Positions 40,415 through 53,118 of a stretch of 64,000 bases of DNA are shown here, one piece after another; the first letter of the stretch is position 1, and every line of letters begins with the position of its first letter. Source of the stretch: Podarcis filfolensis (Eukaryota). The DNA is taken from the NCBI GenBank assembly GCA_964270895.1, contig OZ185440.1; one strand, given 5' to 3'. The notes under the pieces were generated by a model, which searched no databases, was not told the DNA's origin, and saw nothing but the letters and a program-made list of their open reading frames with translations. A program made the translations under genes and the position numbers.

Positions 40415-40560
40415 CATGGATAGTTTGGTTAGATAATGGTCTGGTAACACCAAGGTCACAGGCTCGATTCCTATATGGGACAGCAGCATATTCCTGCATT
40501 GCAAGGGGTTGGACTTGATGATCCTCAGGGTCCCTTCCAGCTCTACAGTTCTAAGATTCT
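40415..40560 (+). mobile_element. CR1-tailed tRNA-derived SINE (P.s.1/SINE-like), near full length
   Basis: tRNA head (tagtttggttaga...ggctcgattcc), body gacagcagcatattcctgcattgcaaggggttggac, tail ctacagttctaagattct. Confidence 0.8.
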
Positions 40561-40926
40561 GTGTGCGCCGCCATAGACACCATGCATGGCAATATTTGGT
40601 AAATGGATGCCTTTATTCATGAGCAGCAAAAGGGATCAGTAGATGTTTGGTGATGGAAAAAATTGCATACACACAAAATCACACTATGCTTGCCCTGATA
40701 GAACAATTGCCAAGATTCTTAAGGTATACTGGTACAAGGAAATTTAGGACTTTAAAAATCAGTACCTTGATTTATTATTTTTACTTATCTCTCTATACTC
40801 TAGAGGCCTTCCTTATACTTTAGAATACATGGTTCACTTATTATTCCTTGTTTAAACATGTTGTTTTAGCTTCTCTGTTTAAAAATTACTTTCCAAACAT
40901 GAAGTTTTCATTAGTTCTACAGTTTC

Positions 40927-40929
<3 letters not shown>

Positions 40930-40991
<62 letters not shown>
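40930..40991 (+). repeat. Compound (TA)20(CA)11 microsatellite
   Basis: Read directly from the sequence. Confidence 0.95.
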
Positions 40992-41863
40992 AACATATAT
41001 ATGAGAACAGTTTTAGACAGACTTAAGCAGGCAGTTTCTGCACTCGACCAAGCATGGTTTAAATTTCATAACTGACATTTACTTGCCTAGTATCCTGTTA
41101 CGGCATAAGAAGCCAGTCTACAAGAGTGGCTGTGATATAAATATAGCTTTTCAAGACTTCTTGCACTTTCTTAGACAAGGTCATATAAATCTGATCTCTT
41201 ATTTAAATTATAAGCCTGTTTTTAGTAGGCAGTTGTAACATTTCCTCATAGGCGTTTTGAAACTTTTTCAATTCTCCCTTTTGAAATGTGAAAACCAGAA
41301 CTGTACACAGTACTCCAAGGGCAGTTGCACCAAAGATATGTATTGGCTCGGTTTTTCTCAATTCTTTATCTAATTAACCCTGACATGGTAATCATTTTTT
41401 CCATAGGTGTCATACATTGTGTTGCCATTTTCATTGAACTATCCACCACTGCTCCTAGCCAGTAACTGCCAGTTCAAAACTTGAAAACATATACATCAAA
41501 TTAGGATTTTTTACCCCAATGTACATCACTTTATACTTGCTTACATTCACTCACATTGGCTATTTTGATGCTCATTCATCCAGTTTGGAAGGCTGCTTCT
41601 GGAGCTCCTTTCTGTTCTTACTGTCATAAACAATTTGGGATCGTCAGCAAACTTTGCTACCTTATTGCTCATTCCTAACTCTTGGCCATTTATAAACAAG
41701 TTTAAAAACAGCAATCCAAATAATGATCCTATTCTTATATCCCTTCTTTGTAAGAACTCTCCATTTATTCCTACTCTCTGCTTCCTGTTCTGTAGACACT
41801 TACTGGTTCCTAACAGGACCTGTCATTTCCCCTAACTGCTTATGAGTCTTTAACGGACATTAA

Positions 41864-42513
41864 TGCACCAGATAAGCTCAGTATAAACTTAATATTGGAT
41901 TTGCCTTCCCCATAGCAATGGTCACAACTTTGGCGGAGAAGCCATTGCATGAAATTCTTTAAGTCTAACATCAGGCGGGGGGTGCAGCGGTGCATCAACG
42001 CCACCACAGAACAGTGCAATAAGAGGGTACCCCTTAGAGGAGTCTAGCTGGAAGGCTCGGTCCAAAAGCCTAGGTGTATGGCAGATGGGCCACAGAGCTT
42101 TCTTCAGTGGCTTGGGAGGGTCATCCGTGTAGACCTGTGTCTTGGGGAGGACCCATTAATCCTAGGCTTGACTATCATGTGCCTGCCCTCCACCAGTCCT
42201 CCAATGCCTAAGCCAAATCCAACCTACACCGGGAATCAATAAAGTTGTGGCCTTATTTTAAATTCCAAAACATTGCCTGTCCAGTTTGTTCAGGGCCACT
42301 GCATCAACTGAAATGCCCTCGGTGCACCAGATAAGCTCAATATAAACTTATTATGGCCATTATCTCGGTCGCACTGTTTTCTTCCATCAGAGTCGATGGA
42401 CAATATGGCGAAGAAGAAAAGACCCTGTATCCACAGGGTGGACATGGTCTTTGAATCCTCTTTGAAATGCCCTCTGTGCACCAGATAAGCTCAATATAAA
42501 CTTAAAATTGGAT
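41864..42513 (+). repeat. Three dispersed copies of a 28-41 bp motif (TGCACCAGATAAGCTCARTATAAACTTA)
   Basis: Copies at 41864-41891, 42323-42350 and 42477-42504, with longer pairwise extensions. Confidence 0.9.
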
Positions 42514-42949
42514 TGTGGTGTAAGCTGACAGCCCTTGCTTGAATCAGTATCTGAGCAAGCAAACAGCAGAGCAGTGGGAGCTGAAAGTGTTGGCAGCAGG
42601 GGTGCCAACTTGAATAAAATATGGGGGGCAGGTAAAGCCTGCCCTGCATAATAGAACACATGATGGAGTACACACACACCATTATTATTTCCCCTGCACC
42701 TGATGTCAAGTGGATGCAGCTTGGCAGAAATAGTCTTGTGGGCTAAATTGGGGCTGGGGAGCCTAATTAGATCTGCAGCTGGAAGTTCCTCACCCCTGGC
42801 AAAATAACTTGCTAGTGATAGGGGTAGCAATGTGTAAACTTCCTGTTGGTTATTGGGAGGTTATTGGTTTGTTTTAGTTTTATTATATATTTTGTATTCT
42901 CATTTTCTGTTGTGAACCATCCTGGGATCTTTGGATGAAGGGTGGGATA

Positions 42950-42951
<2 letters not shown>

Positions 42952-42985
<34 letters not shown>
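42952..42985 (+). repeat. (AC)17 microsatellite following an L2-like 3' tail
   Basis: Read directly from the sequence. Confidence 0.95.
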
Positions 42986-42986
<1 letters not shown>

Positions 42987-43474
42987 ATACAATATCTAAT
43001 GGATATGCTCAAAGTGTTAACATCTCAAAGATCTCTAAAAGGTTAGTTAGACAAGACTTACCTCTTGTAGAACCCATGCTGTTTCTCCTTCAGCAAGACT
43101 TATTCTTCCATATGCTTGGCAATCCTAGCTATAACAATGCTTTCCACCAGTTTTCCCATGACAGACATTAATTTCTCTCATGGATGGATGCCCTATGGAT
43201 CAGCTGATTTGGCAGTTTTTATTTCATCAATGAAGTCTAGAATTTCATCTCTTGTCACCACTGTTTATTTCAGTTCCCAAGATTCCATTTCTTAGAAAGT
43301 TAGCTAAAGCACAGGGATCTCTTACATCGTTTGCAGTGAAGATTGAATTCTTTGCATCTATGCAATCTCCTTTTCCTCCTTTAACACGTCTTTGACTCCT
43401 TTGTCACCCAACAGTTGAACCGCCTCTCTAGCTGCTTTCCTCCTTTAATGTATTCAATATTATTTATTGTTGAT

Positions 43475-43830
43475 TTTTTTTAAAAAAATATTTTTATTAA
43501 ACAATTTCAACATAACAAATTATCAGTCCAAATAGTCAATTACATTATTCCCCCCCTTTTTCCCTCCCACTCCCCCCCCACCAAGGACTTTCCTCAGTTC
43601 CCCTCTGATTTCTTTGCACATATTGTTCTCTGCATGTTATAAAATTGTACATAACCTTGCCTTATCTATCATGTGTTCAACTAAAAAATTTGTGGATGTT
43701 TATTCAAAACCTGCCAAGGAGTCCAGATCATTTTGTTGTCTTTTTAGGTCATTTGTAAAATTATTTATTGTTGATCTTAATGCTTTAATGATGTGCTCCT
43801 TGAATTATTAATTTGCATCTTTGATTGACT
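43475..43830 (-). mobile_element. L1-like LINE 3' end
   Basis: T/A tail followed by ttattccccccttttttccctcccac..., and a minus-strand ...LAGF* type ORF2 terminus. Recognised by pattern only. Confidence 0.5.
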
Positions 43831-45513
43831 GCCTGATACTTTGTGTGTGTGTGGGGGGGGCAAAGTTTGCATTCCTGCATTCCTATATTACTCTTGGGCC
43901 AAGTATTGCCACCCACAGGAATTCCATGAAGGAGTCTGCCCTATGGGGATTTCTAGTTTGCTTGACTCAACATCACTGAGGTACAGAGCAACACCACCTC
44001 CAGTGTGCCCTTCCCTATCCACTGTATAGTGTTCGTATCTCATACAATGCCTACCACATTTCCATTGTGCTCTCTGTATCCATGCTCTCCTTTAAAACCA
44101 AGCACTCCAGTCCATCCATCTTTATTCTAGCCAATCTCTAGCATGAGCATATAAACACCTTTGCCAGCTCTCTTTTTCCAAATGCCTCTGGCACATGCGT
44201 TTCACCGTATGGCATTTGGTATCATCCTCTCACATTTTGACAATCAAACATTTTCACCCACATCTCTTAGGGATGTTTTATCCTGTGCCAATACTTCTCA
44301 GCTCCTGTTGGCTTTCCCCAATCAGTTCAAAAGCCACTTTGCTACTTCTTTAGTTTAAGCACCAACAGTCTGGTCCCACCCTGAATGGAGGTACTCTTTA
44401 GAATGGAGGGGAAGAACTGATAAAAGTGCACACAGCCTGGTTTATTACAGCTCAGGTGAGCAAGCTTATGCCAGTTTACAATTCTCGTACCCCAAATGGG
44501 TTAAACTCAGTTTCTTTACTTGGTCTTAACCCTCCACCACCCAATCCAATTTACAGCAAGGAATAGAGCTTGGAAAAAGCAACTTCCACATATTAGGACT
44601 GTCATAAAAATAGTCATGCTTAATATTGCTTATTGTTGTATTAATTCTCACCATCCTAAGCCAGAACAAATAAAATGTTTTCACATTGCTTCCAAAAGAT
44701 GGCAGACTCAGGTTTTGGCTACTCTTCAAAAATTTAAGTTAATTTTTGTGGATGAGCCATTGCAAATATTGCTCTGTAAATTCATTCTATGTACTCCTCA
44801 CACGCTTGCCATAATCAACTGGACCCTCTTGGTATATCTTAGACATTGTGATATGAGGGGTTAATATTTAAAATATCATGGATTTTAGCTATCAAGGGCT
44901 CTGTAGGCCAAGTCCATTACCTGCAGGAAGGATAGCACAGACAATGGATGCTACAGACAATGCACTGATTGTATTATTCACAAGGCTGAGAATAAGGTGG
45001 ACCTGCTCGTAATAGAACAGGTGCAGTTTCTGCAGAGTCTTCATGACCAGTTGTACACAAACATGCAGCAATAGTACAGGTTTAAGATTATGAATGCATG
45101 ATTGACCATTTCAGACCCAAATCCCAGATAAAAGACCACAGCCAGCTTTGAAATCACAGAAAGCTGTAGTTTTGAAAGTGGAGCGAAGAAACTTTGATGT
45201 GAGGCATCATCTTCATATTGCACTCTGATGTTTGTCTTTATGCACAGAAATGTCTAGGAATATTAGAACGTGTTTTTTTGATCAGGCCACCTCTGTTAAG
45301 TCCCCTGCTTATGTATGAAACTGTACAGAAAGGCAAAGGCTGAAGATTTGTGATAGATTCTTGAAAAGATAACCACAATAATCCAAAATGAGGAACAGAT
45401 TCTTGGTTTTAAAAATGATGAGATAAATCAAGCCATCCATGTATCAACGTGTAGTGCAAGACTGAATCTTTTCTACAAGGACCAAGAGAATGCCATTTCC
45501 TACCTATGATAGC

Positions 45514-45588
45514 TTAAGGCAAGATAGAATAAACACAGCTGTATATCCATTCTTCTTGCTCATTCTGTGGCATCACATGCTGACAGAC
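45514..45588 (-). CDS. EFCAB7: EFCAB7 terminal coding exon (VCQHVMPQNEQEEWIYSCVYSILP*)
   Basis: ttttgtatgcAG acceptor; TAA at 45514-45516; VCQHVMP...EWIY is the EFCAB7 C-terminus. Confidence 0.96.
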   Translation of the reverse strand, partial: VCQHVMPQNEQEEWIYSCVYSILP

Positions 45589-47022
45589 CTGCATACAAAA
45601 AGCAGAAAAAGGAAATAACAATTTCAAGAGAAAAATGATTTGTATTGTGCAAGGACTATGGAAAGTGTCAATAGTTACCTAGGATATATTAACACACACA
45701 CACCATTTATTTTTCTTGATTTGAATGTTTATCCCACACTTCCCCTGTAACTAGTTATAGAATTACATCTATGTTTTGACTTTTGTAAATACGCTAGAGA
45801 TTTACCTCTAGAATTCTACATAATTACCATATTTTTGAGGAAGCATTGGGAACTGCTGGGGGAAGAAGGAAATCAGCAAAAATCACCCCATCCCTCCATT
45901 AGTGACACTTCCAACTAGAGCAAAAGCACAAGGAAGACCAAGTGGATTCCACCCACTGAGGATTACTGGCCAAGCATCTTTTCCCTCCATTATTACACAT
46001 TGTGAAAACCCTGATCTACTATTGTGAAAAAGCCTAGACTTTTGGTTAATGAAAAGCATGAGAAACATAACTGTTCTACAATATGTGACAAGCCATTCAA
46101 AATATACCTCTGCGGCTGCAATGTGTGAAATGGCGGGCTGTGCACTGCATGCTGCCTCAATGCTCATATGCATGTATTTAAGTGGATGTGCACTATGGGT
46201 AATATGCATTCATTCCCACAAAGTGACTGAACTCTAGTGACTCCGTGAAGGGAGTGAAAGTCTGAAAAATGAGTCTGGCAACTTGTGCTAACAAAATTTC
46301 AAAAAGGGAACCCTCAAGGCAAAAACAGGGAGAATGCTTTATCAAGTATAGTTACCAAAAACTCAGTACTATACCTGGGAACTAGTGACAGCTGGGTCAT
46401 ATGTAATAGGGAAACAGAACAGAAAAAGGCACAGGCATGGACACTAGAGGCAGTTTCTCCATCAGCTGTTCTTGTAGCAAAACATCCACATTTAGAGAAC
46501 AGTTTGGGGGTTTACTTTGGAGAGCTGTTCACAGGGGCAAACACTGAAAATTGTTATTGTGAGATCCATGTGTATAACTCTAGATCTAAGATGTGGTGAA
46601 ATGAAGTTTATCCTGTACTTGAAAGCATTGTGCAAACTTGTAGAATAGGAAAACAAATCTATCAACAGCATGAAATAAATACTGTACACATTTGGCTATG
46701 ATGAATGCCAATACCCAGCCATGGACACAAAATGTATTTTCAAAGTCTAGCCTATCACGTTGTCTAGACTTTCCTAAAAATTGACACTTTTTCTTTTCAT
46801 GTGTTCAAGTCTGCAAGAAAATGTTTTTAAAGAACAGGACATAAATGGTTGTGTATAACGTTTTGTTTACAGCGTATTACTGCACAGCTTTAAACAGCAT
46901 GAGTTTTGTCCCTGGTTTGTTTGTGGTATTGTTTTATTACATTTGCTGTTTTAAGCTGCCCTTTGGACCCTGACAATTCAAAAGGCAGAATATACATATC
47001 TTAAATAAACAGATGCAATTAC

Positions 47023-47130
47023 CATCATGGAGTTGGATGCTACTTCAATGGCAAAAGTGTTGAGTCCTCTATTACTGACACAGTTTCTACTTTGCTCATT
47101 GTTGAGGTGAATTACTGTTTTGCTTTCAGA
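47023..47130 (-). CDS. EFCAB7: EFCAB7 penultimate exon (SESKTVIHLNNEQSRNCVSNRGLNTFAIEVASNSMM)
   Basis: ttttctcttaacAG acceptor, ATG|GTAATT donor, 108 nt. Confidence 0.95.
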
Positions 47131-49313
47131 CTGTTAAGAGAAAAGCAACTTTAGCATAAACACATTTAGAGCAGTATCAATCCATGGGATTAATATTAAT
47201 GACACTACAAGAAAAAGCAAGACCATTAAGAAATTATCTAAATACTGTCCATTGAAAAGATCATAAACCTAGTATTAGCTATGGGAGTTCTGCTTTTAAC
47301 TCAATCTATACAGGGCAGTGATTTTCAACCCCCTTGAGGCCCAGGACCCATCTTTAAATTCAACCAGCAATATCAGATCAACTTATTTTTGTTTTGCTTC
47401 TTAAAAATTGTGTGTGGCTTTTTATGTCCCTATCTCTAGCCTTTAAAAACCCAGTAAGAAAAATAAAATAGTGGTTTTGACAGTGGTTTGATCCAGTTGT
47501 GTCATGGTCTATCACCAGCAGTTCAGTACTCCCAAAGGCTGGCTTGGGAGTAGACTGTCCAAGGAGATCATGAATGTTTGTGAATGTCATTATTGTGTCT
47601 ATAGGCCAATAATTCTCAGGCTCCAGGGCTTATTAGTGGGCATCTGTGTATTTTTAGGTGTTTTGAAGAGATAGAAACTCACTGCAACAACTTAAGAGGA
47701 AAGCAAAGTTGAACTTTAAATTAAAAGTTGCTTGGTTCCTCAGTAGTGCCATGGCTGAAACAGAAATATCCAGGCATTAAACCATGTCATGCAGGGCAAC
47801 CTGCATGGTGGCCATAATGGCCCTGAATAACCAACAAGCATTATTATTATCATCATCAATATTGTTTGTTACATTTATTTCCTACCTTCCCTTCAAGGAG
47901 CTGAGGACAGTATACATGGTTATCCCCCACTCCATTTTCTACATATGTTCTTCACATCAACAGATTTAAAATAAAAAAATGGACCAGATTTATAGCCTAA
48001 GGTGGGATTGTTGGCAACTAAGTGGTTAAAGCTGTTGTAGAGGGAAATATAGACAAGAGGACCTTTGTTATTTGGACTACTCGGGGGTTTAAATGGATTG
48101 CCATTTGGTATAGCATGCTTTAGTAAACAAAGTGCTTAGAAATATTTTATTATGGTAAGCATATTTTATCGTACACACAAGGTCCTTAAAGTTCATTTGC
48201 AAAGAACACTACAGAAAGTTTGGTCTATTTGCTTTTCTCTGTTACTGAGCTAATGTGATATGGATTAGCCTGGATAAATAATTAAGTATAGAGTACACTG
48301 AAGACTAGCTTTTTGCTATTTTCCTTTTTTATTTCTTAATATTTCATTGCTTATTTGGAATGGAATTTGTCGGGAATAAAATGTTTCACTAATATGGATA
48401 CTGAATATATGAAAACTTGCAATAAGTTGAAATAAACCTAGTAAAGATAAATTGCAAAATATACAGTGGAAATGCCCAATATACCAACTTTTCTAGTTCC
48501 TGAATATATACACAGAAATCAGGAAGGAGAAATGAAGAGTGTTCATTAGGCTGATTCACGTGATCCATTTGATCCTTAAATTCAAACCGCTTCCCTTTCT
48601 TTGCTGTAAACCTAGTATAAATCTGGATATGGTGAACTGGTCATTAGGCAGGCTCCCCGCCACCCAAGTCCAGGTTGACAGCATGGTGACAACAATCATC
48701 ATAGGGGAAAGCCTATCACAGGTTTGCTGACGATCTAGGCTACAAGTGGGGAACTTACCCTGCATCCTACCCAACTTTGAGATGTAGCTGGGGTCAATCA
48801 CCTGACAACATTAAGATGTCAGGCAACAACTTGAGAAGAGATCACCTATGAAATCCATTTACAAGTGGTTTCAATAACAAGCTGTTCTGCAAAGGGACTT
48901 CCAATTGATGCCTCTCTGGGCCCATCAGGTGACTGGAGCTGATTAGTAAACAGGCAAGAACACCCAGTTGTCTCCGCTGGAGTGCCCATGCAGCTCTGAC
49001 CTTGCCATCGCCTTGCCCCACCTTTATCCTGTAAACAGCAGTGACACAGTCAGGAAGGCAGCCACATAGCACTGTCCCTCTGAGCCAGTCACACCTCATT
49101 TCCTGGCTTTGCTTGGTCAGAATTTACTGCTTACTGCATGTCTGGCTTCAACGTGAGAGTCCAGCTCAAGTCATTGACAACAAAGACCCTGAACTAGAAG
49201 GGTTAGATTGGTCCCAGTCTGACTGTGATAAGTCAATGGTAAAAATACAAAAAGAATTTGTAAGGAAATGCTTATGTAAGGGCTGTTCCTGTTATATATA
49301 TTTCATACAATAC

Positions 49314-49523
49314 CTTGTTTCCAATAACAGATGTGATCCGTGTATCACTTTTATAAGTGTAAATAACTATATTTTCACTGGCATCCATCGGCTTAGCGTC
49401 TCCTTTATTAGCCACACTCATACAAATGGCTGTCTTAAGTTGCTCACCACCTGCTTCCAGACAAACAGGTTGAATCCTGGGTTTGCATTTTTCTGCATAG
49501 ACGCGAATGGAAAAGGGGCATGC
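49314..49523 (-). CDS. EFCAB7: EFCAB7 internal exon (ACPFSIRVYAEKCKPRIQPVCLEAGG...SDTRITSVIGNK)
   Basis: ctcactctttatAG acceptor, AAG|GTATTG donor, 210 nt. Confidence 0.95.
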
Positions 49524-50297
49524 CTATAAAGAGTGAGGGGGGGACATTTGTTATATCTATCATTGTAGATATCATATTTTGATCCATTCAATGAAAGGAA
49601 CCTGAAAATGACCTTAGACCTGTTCTATTTGATGACCTAAAACTGCAAGATAGGCACAACAGTTGGTTTTAAAAGCCTTGAATGCTCCTTCCCTGGTTAG
49701 CTATGATTGTGACAATGCTACATAATGTTCTGCTACAGTTAATGCTAACAATGGAGCAGGGAGCAGCCAGTGCTCCCCTGATGACTGAAATGGACCGTTA
49801 TCTTATTTCCAAGCTATAACTGGGGACTACTTATCCTTACATGGCCATGGACAATATCTGAAGAGGTAGCAAATGCATATGCATGCCAGAGAATATTCTC
49901 AGCTTCAATTTTTGCTTCATCTGAAAAGCTGCTTTGCCTCTTTGGCCAAAGGAACTGCTGCAGCAAGAACCACCACCAATTGCCAGCTGCACTGTTTTTG
50001 GATTCCATTCCATATTGTCAGTCTCATTAGTCCCTTTTACCTGCTGGACTGGAGAAAGTTTTGGATACTTTCCCTTTGGATAACAGATGTGATGCCTTTA
50101 CTTTGGGTATCTATATGACACATAAACTATTAATTAATTTGGGGTCCCTCCCAACTCTACAATTCTATGATTCTATGATAACATGCAAAGCTTGAAGCAC
50201 ATACTTACATTACGACTTTGTAACTGGTTCAACTTAAGATCAGCAAAATTACACATTGTGGCTACTTCCCCCTCACCTTGCCCAACACTGATCATAC

Positions 50298-50446
50298 CTC
50301 AGTCAATTCCAATGCTTTGTTGTAGCCCATTGACCGCAAAGTCATCCAGAGACTGCTAAGATCCCTGTCTTGTTGACTGGCTTCCATGAGATTCAGATCC
50401 ATAAATCCCTGTCTTGTGAGTTCATTATTCTTCATATCAAAATTCT
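50298..50446 (-). CDS. EFCAB7: EFCAB7 internal exon (ENFDMKNNELTRQGFMDLNLMEASQQDRDLSSLWMTLRSMGYNKALELTE)
   Basis: gttttcttAG acceptor, GAG|GTATGA donor, 149 nt. Confidence 0.96.
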
Positions 50447-53002
50447 CTAAGAAAACATAAGGCAAATATTTTCACAGGCTACAGTGGAAACGATCAAAAT
50501 TGCCTGTATTCAGGAGAAACAAACATTGGATTCCATCCCTTGGCCCTTCCCATCCCTCTTTTCATTTTGTTGTTTGCCACACTTGCTCCTCTCTTACTTC
50601 CTTTGTTCACATTGCCTCCTACTGTAAGCTCCTTTAGGCAGGCCTGTGTCTTTTTGATTTGTGAAACTCTGTGAAGAACCGGCACTTTGATGGCAATGTT
50701 TGCATCAGCGGTGGAGAACCTATGGCCCTCCTAATGTTGTTGGACTGCAACTCCCATCATCCCCAGCCGTCAAGGAAATAATAAGGGAAGACAGGAGCTG
50801 TCGTATATACCAGATTCCCCAGTCCTGGTATATATGTCAGTAATTATAAAGGTTTGATTTTGCATCCTTGTGTTTCAGAAAATTTGTTATGAAATGTATA
50901 CATGACAAAGTTATTTATTTGGCTTCACGGAAAACTCAACATGCAAGAAATGACAAATTAAATGAGTTTCTCTTGAAATTATTTGAGGCAGTGGGTGGAG
51001 TTTTATCAGCAAATCAATAAAAACCTTGGCCACAAATTGTGGTTCGTTGTAAGGTCTCTTATGGCTTTCTTCTTCCCAGGGCAAGCAGGGAAGAGCAAAT
51101 TGGCCAAGATGGGCATATTCATGGTAAACTATTAACTATGATATACTGTGATGCATGAAAGAGGCTAATGGCCAATCCCCATTTTTGGAAACAGCAACCT
51201 AGATCAGTAGTAACCTAGATTTCTTCAGCAACAAGAATAAACACAATATTGGCTTTTAAATCAATGGAAGACAAGGTATTGCAAAGTAAATGAATACAGT
51301 ATATAAACAATGTCTACAGTCTGCAGTGTATAATTGTGGAGGGTGAACCAAGCGGCAATCCTTGGTATGAGAACTGGATTGATACAAGAATGCCACTATA
51401 TTTGCATCTATGAAATTATCATTCACTTTCATCACTGAGAGAGGCTTTTATGTTATGGATGCTGTGAGCTCATATCTTAGATAAGTTTGATTTTTGAAAA
51501 GTAATATGGTTCCAATAATATTCAGCAAATTCTTCTAGCAAATTCTTGCTAGAAAACCAGGTCATCAAGCAAATACAAAATTAAAATGTTCTTAAAGCAC
51601 AGAATATTTAAAAATGGATTTCTCATCTTCATTACAATGCTAATTCTTTACTATGTATTATTTAAAAGAGATTACCAAATGAATAAATCTAAGGGTTCAG
51701 GTGCTATTATAAACTGCTTGAACTTTGTTCTCAAGATTTATGAGGTTCATCTGAACCCTCCAGCTGATTAATTGCCAAGTAATCTATTCACAGCTTTTGC
51801 TGTTGCTTCCTTTTGACGGGCCGGCTAATGTCTTCTAAGTATTGTTGCTGTGTTTGTTCCAGAAAATGTAAGAATTAATGAGAAATGGATATACATTCCC
51901 TTGTTCTCTGACTTGTGTCCCCTACTCTCAAATATATAGGAAACCAAATGCACAAAATGCAAAGCCAAAGCTGAGAACTTTATGTCTGCCCAAAGGCTTG
52001 GGCATGTCCAGTGAGATTTTTATAATTCGCTTCTTTGAGCAACAGATTTTGAGATCTTCATGGAAGTCCCCTCAATTTCAATTTCCCTTGGGCATATGGA
52101 ATTAGTCACATGGTCCTTTGGACTGAAGCCATCATATAAAGGATGTCTGAATTTGTGTTCCTTAATGAAAACATAAAAAGCTCTAAAGATTTTACAGAGT
52201 AATATGAAACAGGATCTGTCAAATGCTGAATATTTTAGCCGGAATTAACAAAGCACCGCAGCCTTTAAAATGTCTATTTAAGCTGTTGCAAGCCTACTGG
52301 TACACCTCATTAATTCCAGTTTCTATTTTGTGCTGTAATAATAACGAAGTTTCTCATAAGCATTAATGAATTTACCTTCATATCATCCATGTGCGAGATC
52401 ATTTATTCTTAGCATGCAATTCCTAATTTGTGATACTGAAGGCCAAATAAGAAGTGACAATAAATTGAACTATGTCTGTGGATTATGAATAGTTGAATGC
52501 TTAGATGAAAGTCTCCGAAGGCATGCACAGTCATAGTTTTATCAAACGTATTTACAATCTAAAAATTCAAAACTGAGAACATACAGCACTCTGGATGAGT
52601 AAGGGCTAATTCAATTCTCTTCCATGTCAGGAAATGCAATTCCTGCCATGCATGAACTCATTACGCACTTCCCAACAATAAGGAGAATGAGGTGGCATGC
52701 ATTTGTGCACACATGCTGAACAGACATAGTTTTCAATGCGGTTACGTGAACCTCCTGAAGTTTTATTTGCAATGAAATATATCTACATATACAGGAACAT
52801 TTATGCAGCCAGATTTTTCCAAAGGCGTGAACACATTATAAAACTTTTTTAAAAAATGCAATTGACATGAATGAATGAATGATTATTATGATGACCAAGC
52901 AGCCAGCATAACATGGGCCCTTTCATGCAAACACAAATCTATTCTGTCTCCCTTCCCCCTCTGAGTGCCAATATCTCAATATTCTTTTTTATGTAATAGA
53001 AC

Positions 53003-53118
53003 CTGTATAGCTCATTTGGTTAGAGCACAGGGCTGCTAATACCAAGGTTGCAGGTTCGATTCCTACATGGGACAGCTGCATTGCAGAGGGTCCCTTCAAA
53101 CTCTACAATTCTATGATT
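53003..53118 (+). mobile_element. CR1-tailed tRNA-derived SINE with intact Pol III boxes
   Basis: A box TAGCTCATTTGG (53008-53019), B box GGTTCGATTCC (53053-53063), internal deletion, tail ctacaattctatgatt. Confidence 0.8.

Larger units (their letters stand above)
41140..43460 (-). mobile_element. Decayed CR1 ORF2 (reverse transcriptase) fragment, split by a composite insertion at about 41850-42990
   Basis: On the minus strand: QHGF...SCLTNLL (about 43030-43085), RKQRVGING (about 41760-41790) and KFADD (41641-41654), in the correct RT order. Confidence 0.75.

Noticed and set aside
41864-42504. Repeat-spacer-repeat pattern superficially like a CRISPR array
   Set aside because: Vertebrate DNA, only three repeats, spacers of about 430 and 113-126 bp, and no cas genes. 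Kept as an unexplained composite insertion instead.
42387-42830. 147-aa minus-strand ORF, and similar 100-160 aa intronic ORFs (33025-33444, 33821-34213, 49041-49529)
   Set aside because: They cross TE or microsatellite boundaries or are antisense to real exons, and have no recognisable domains.
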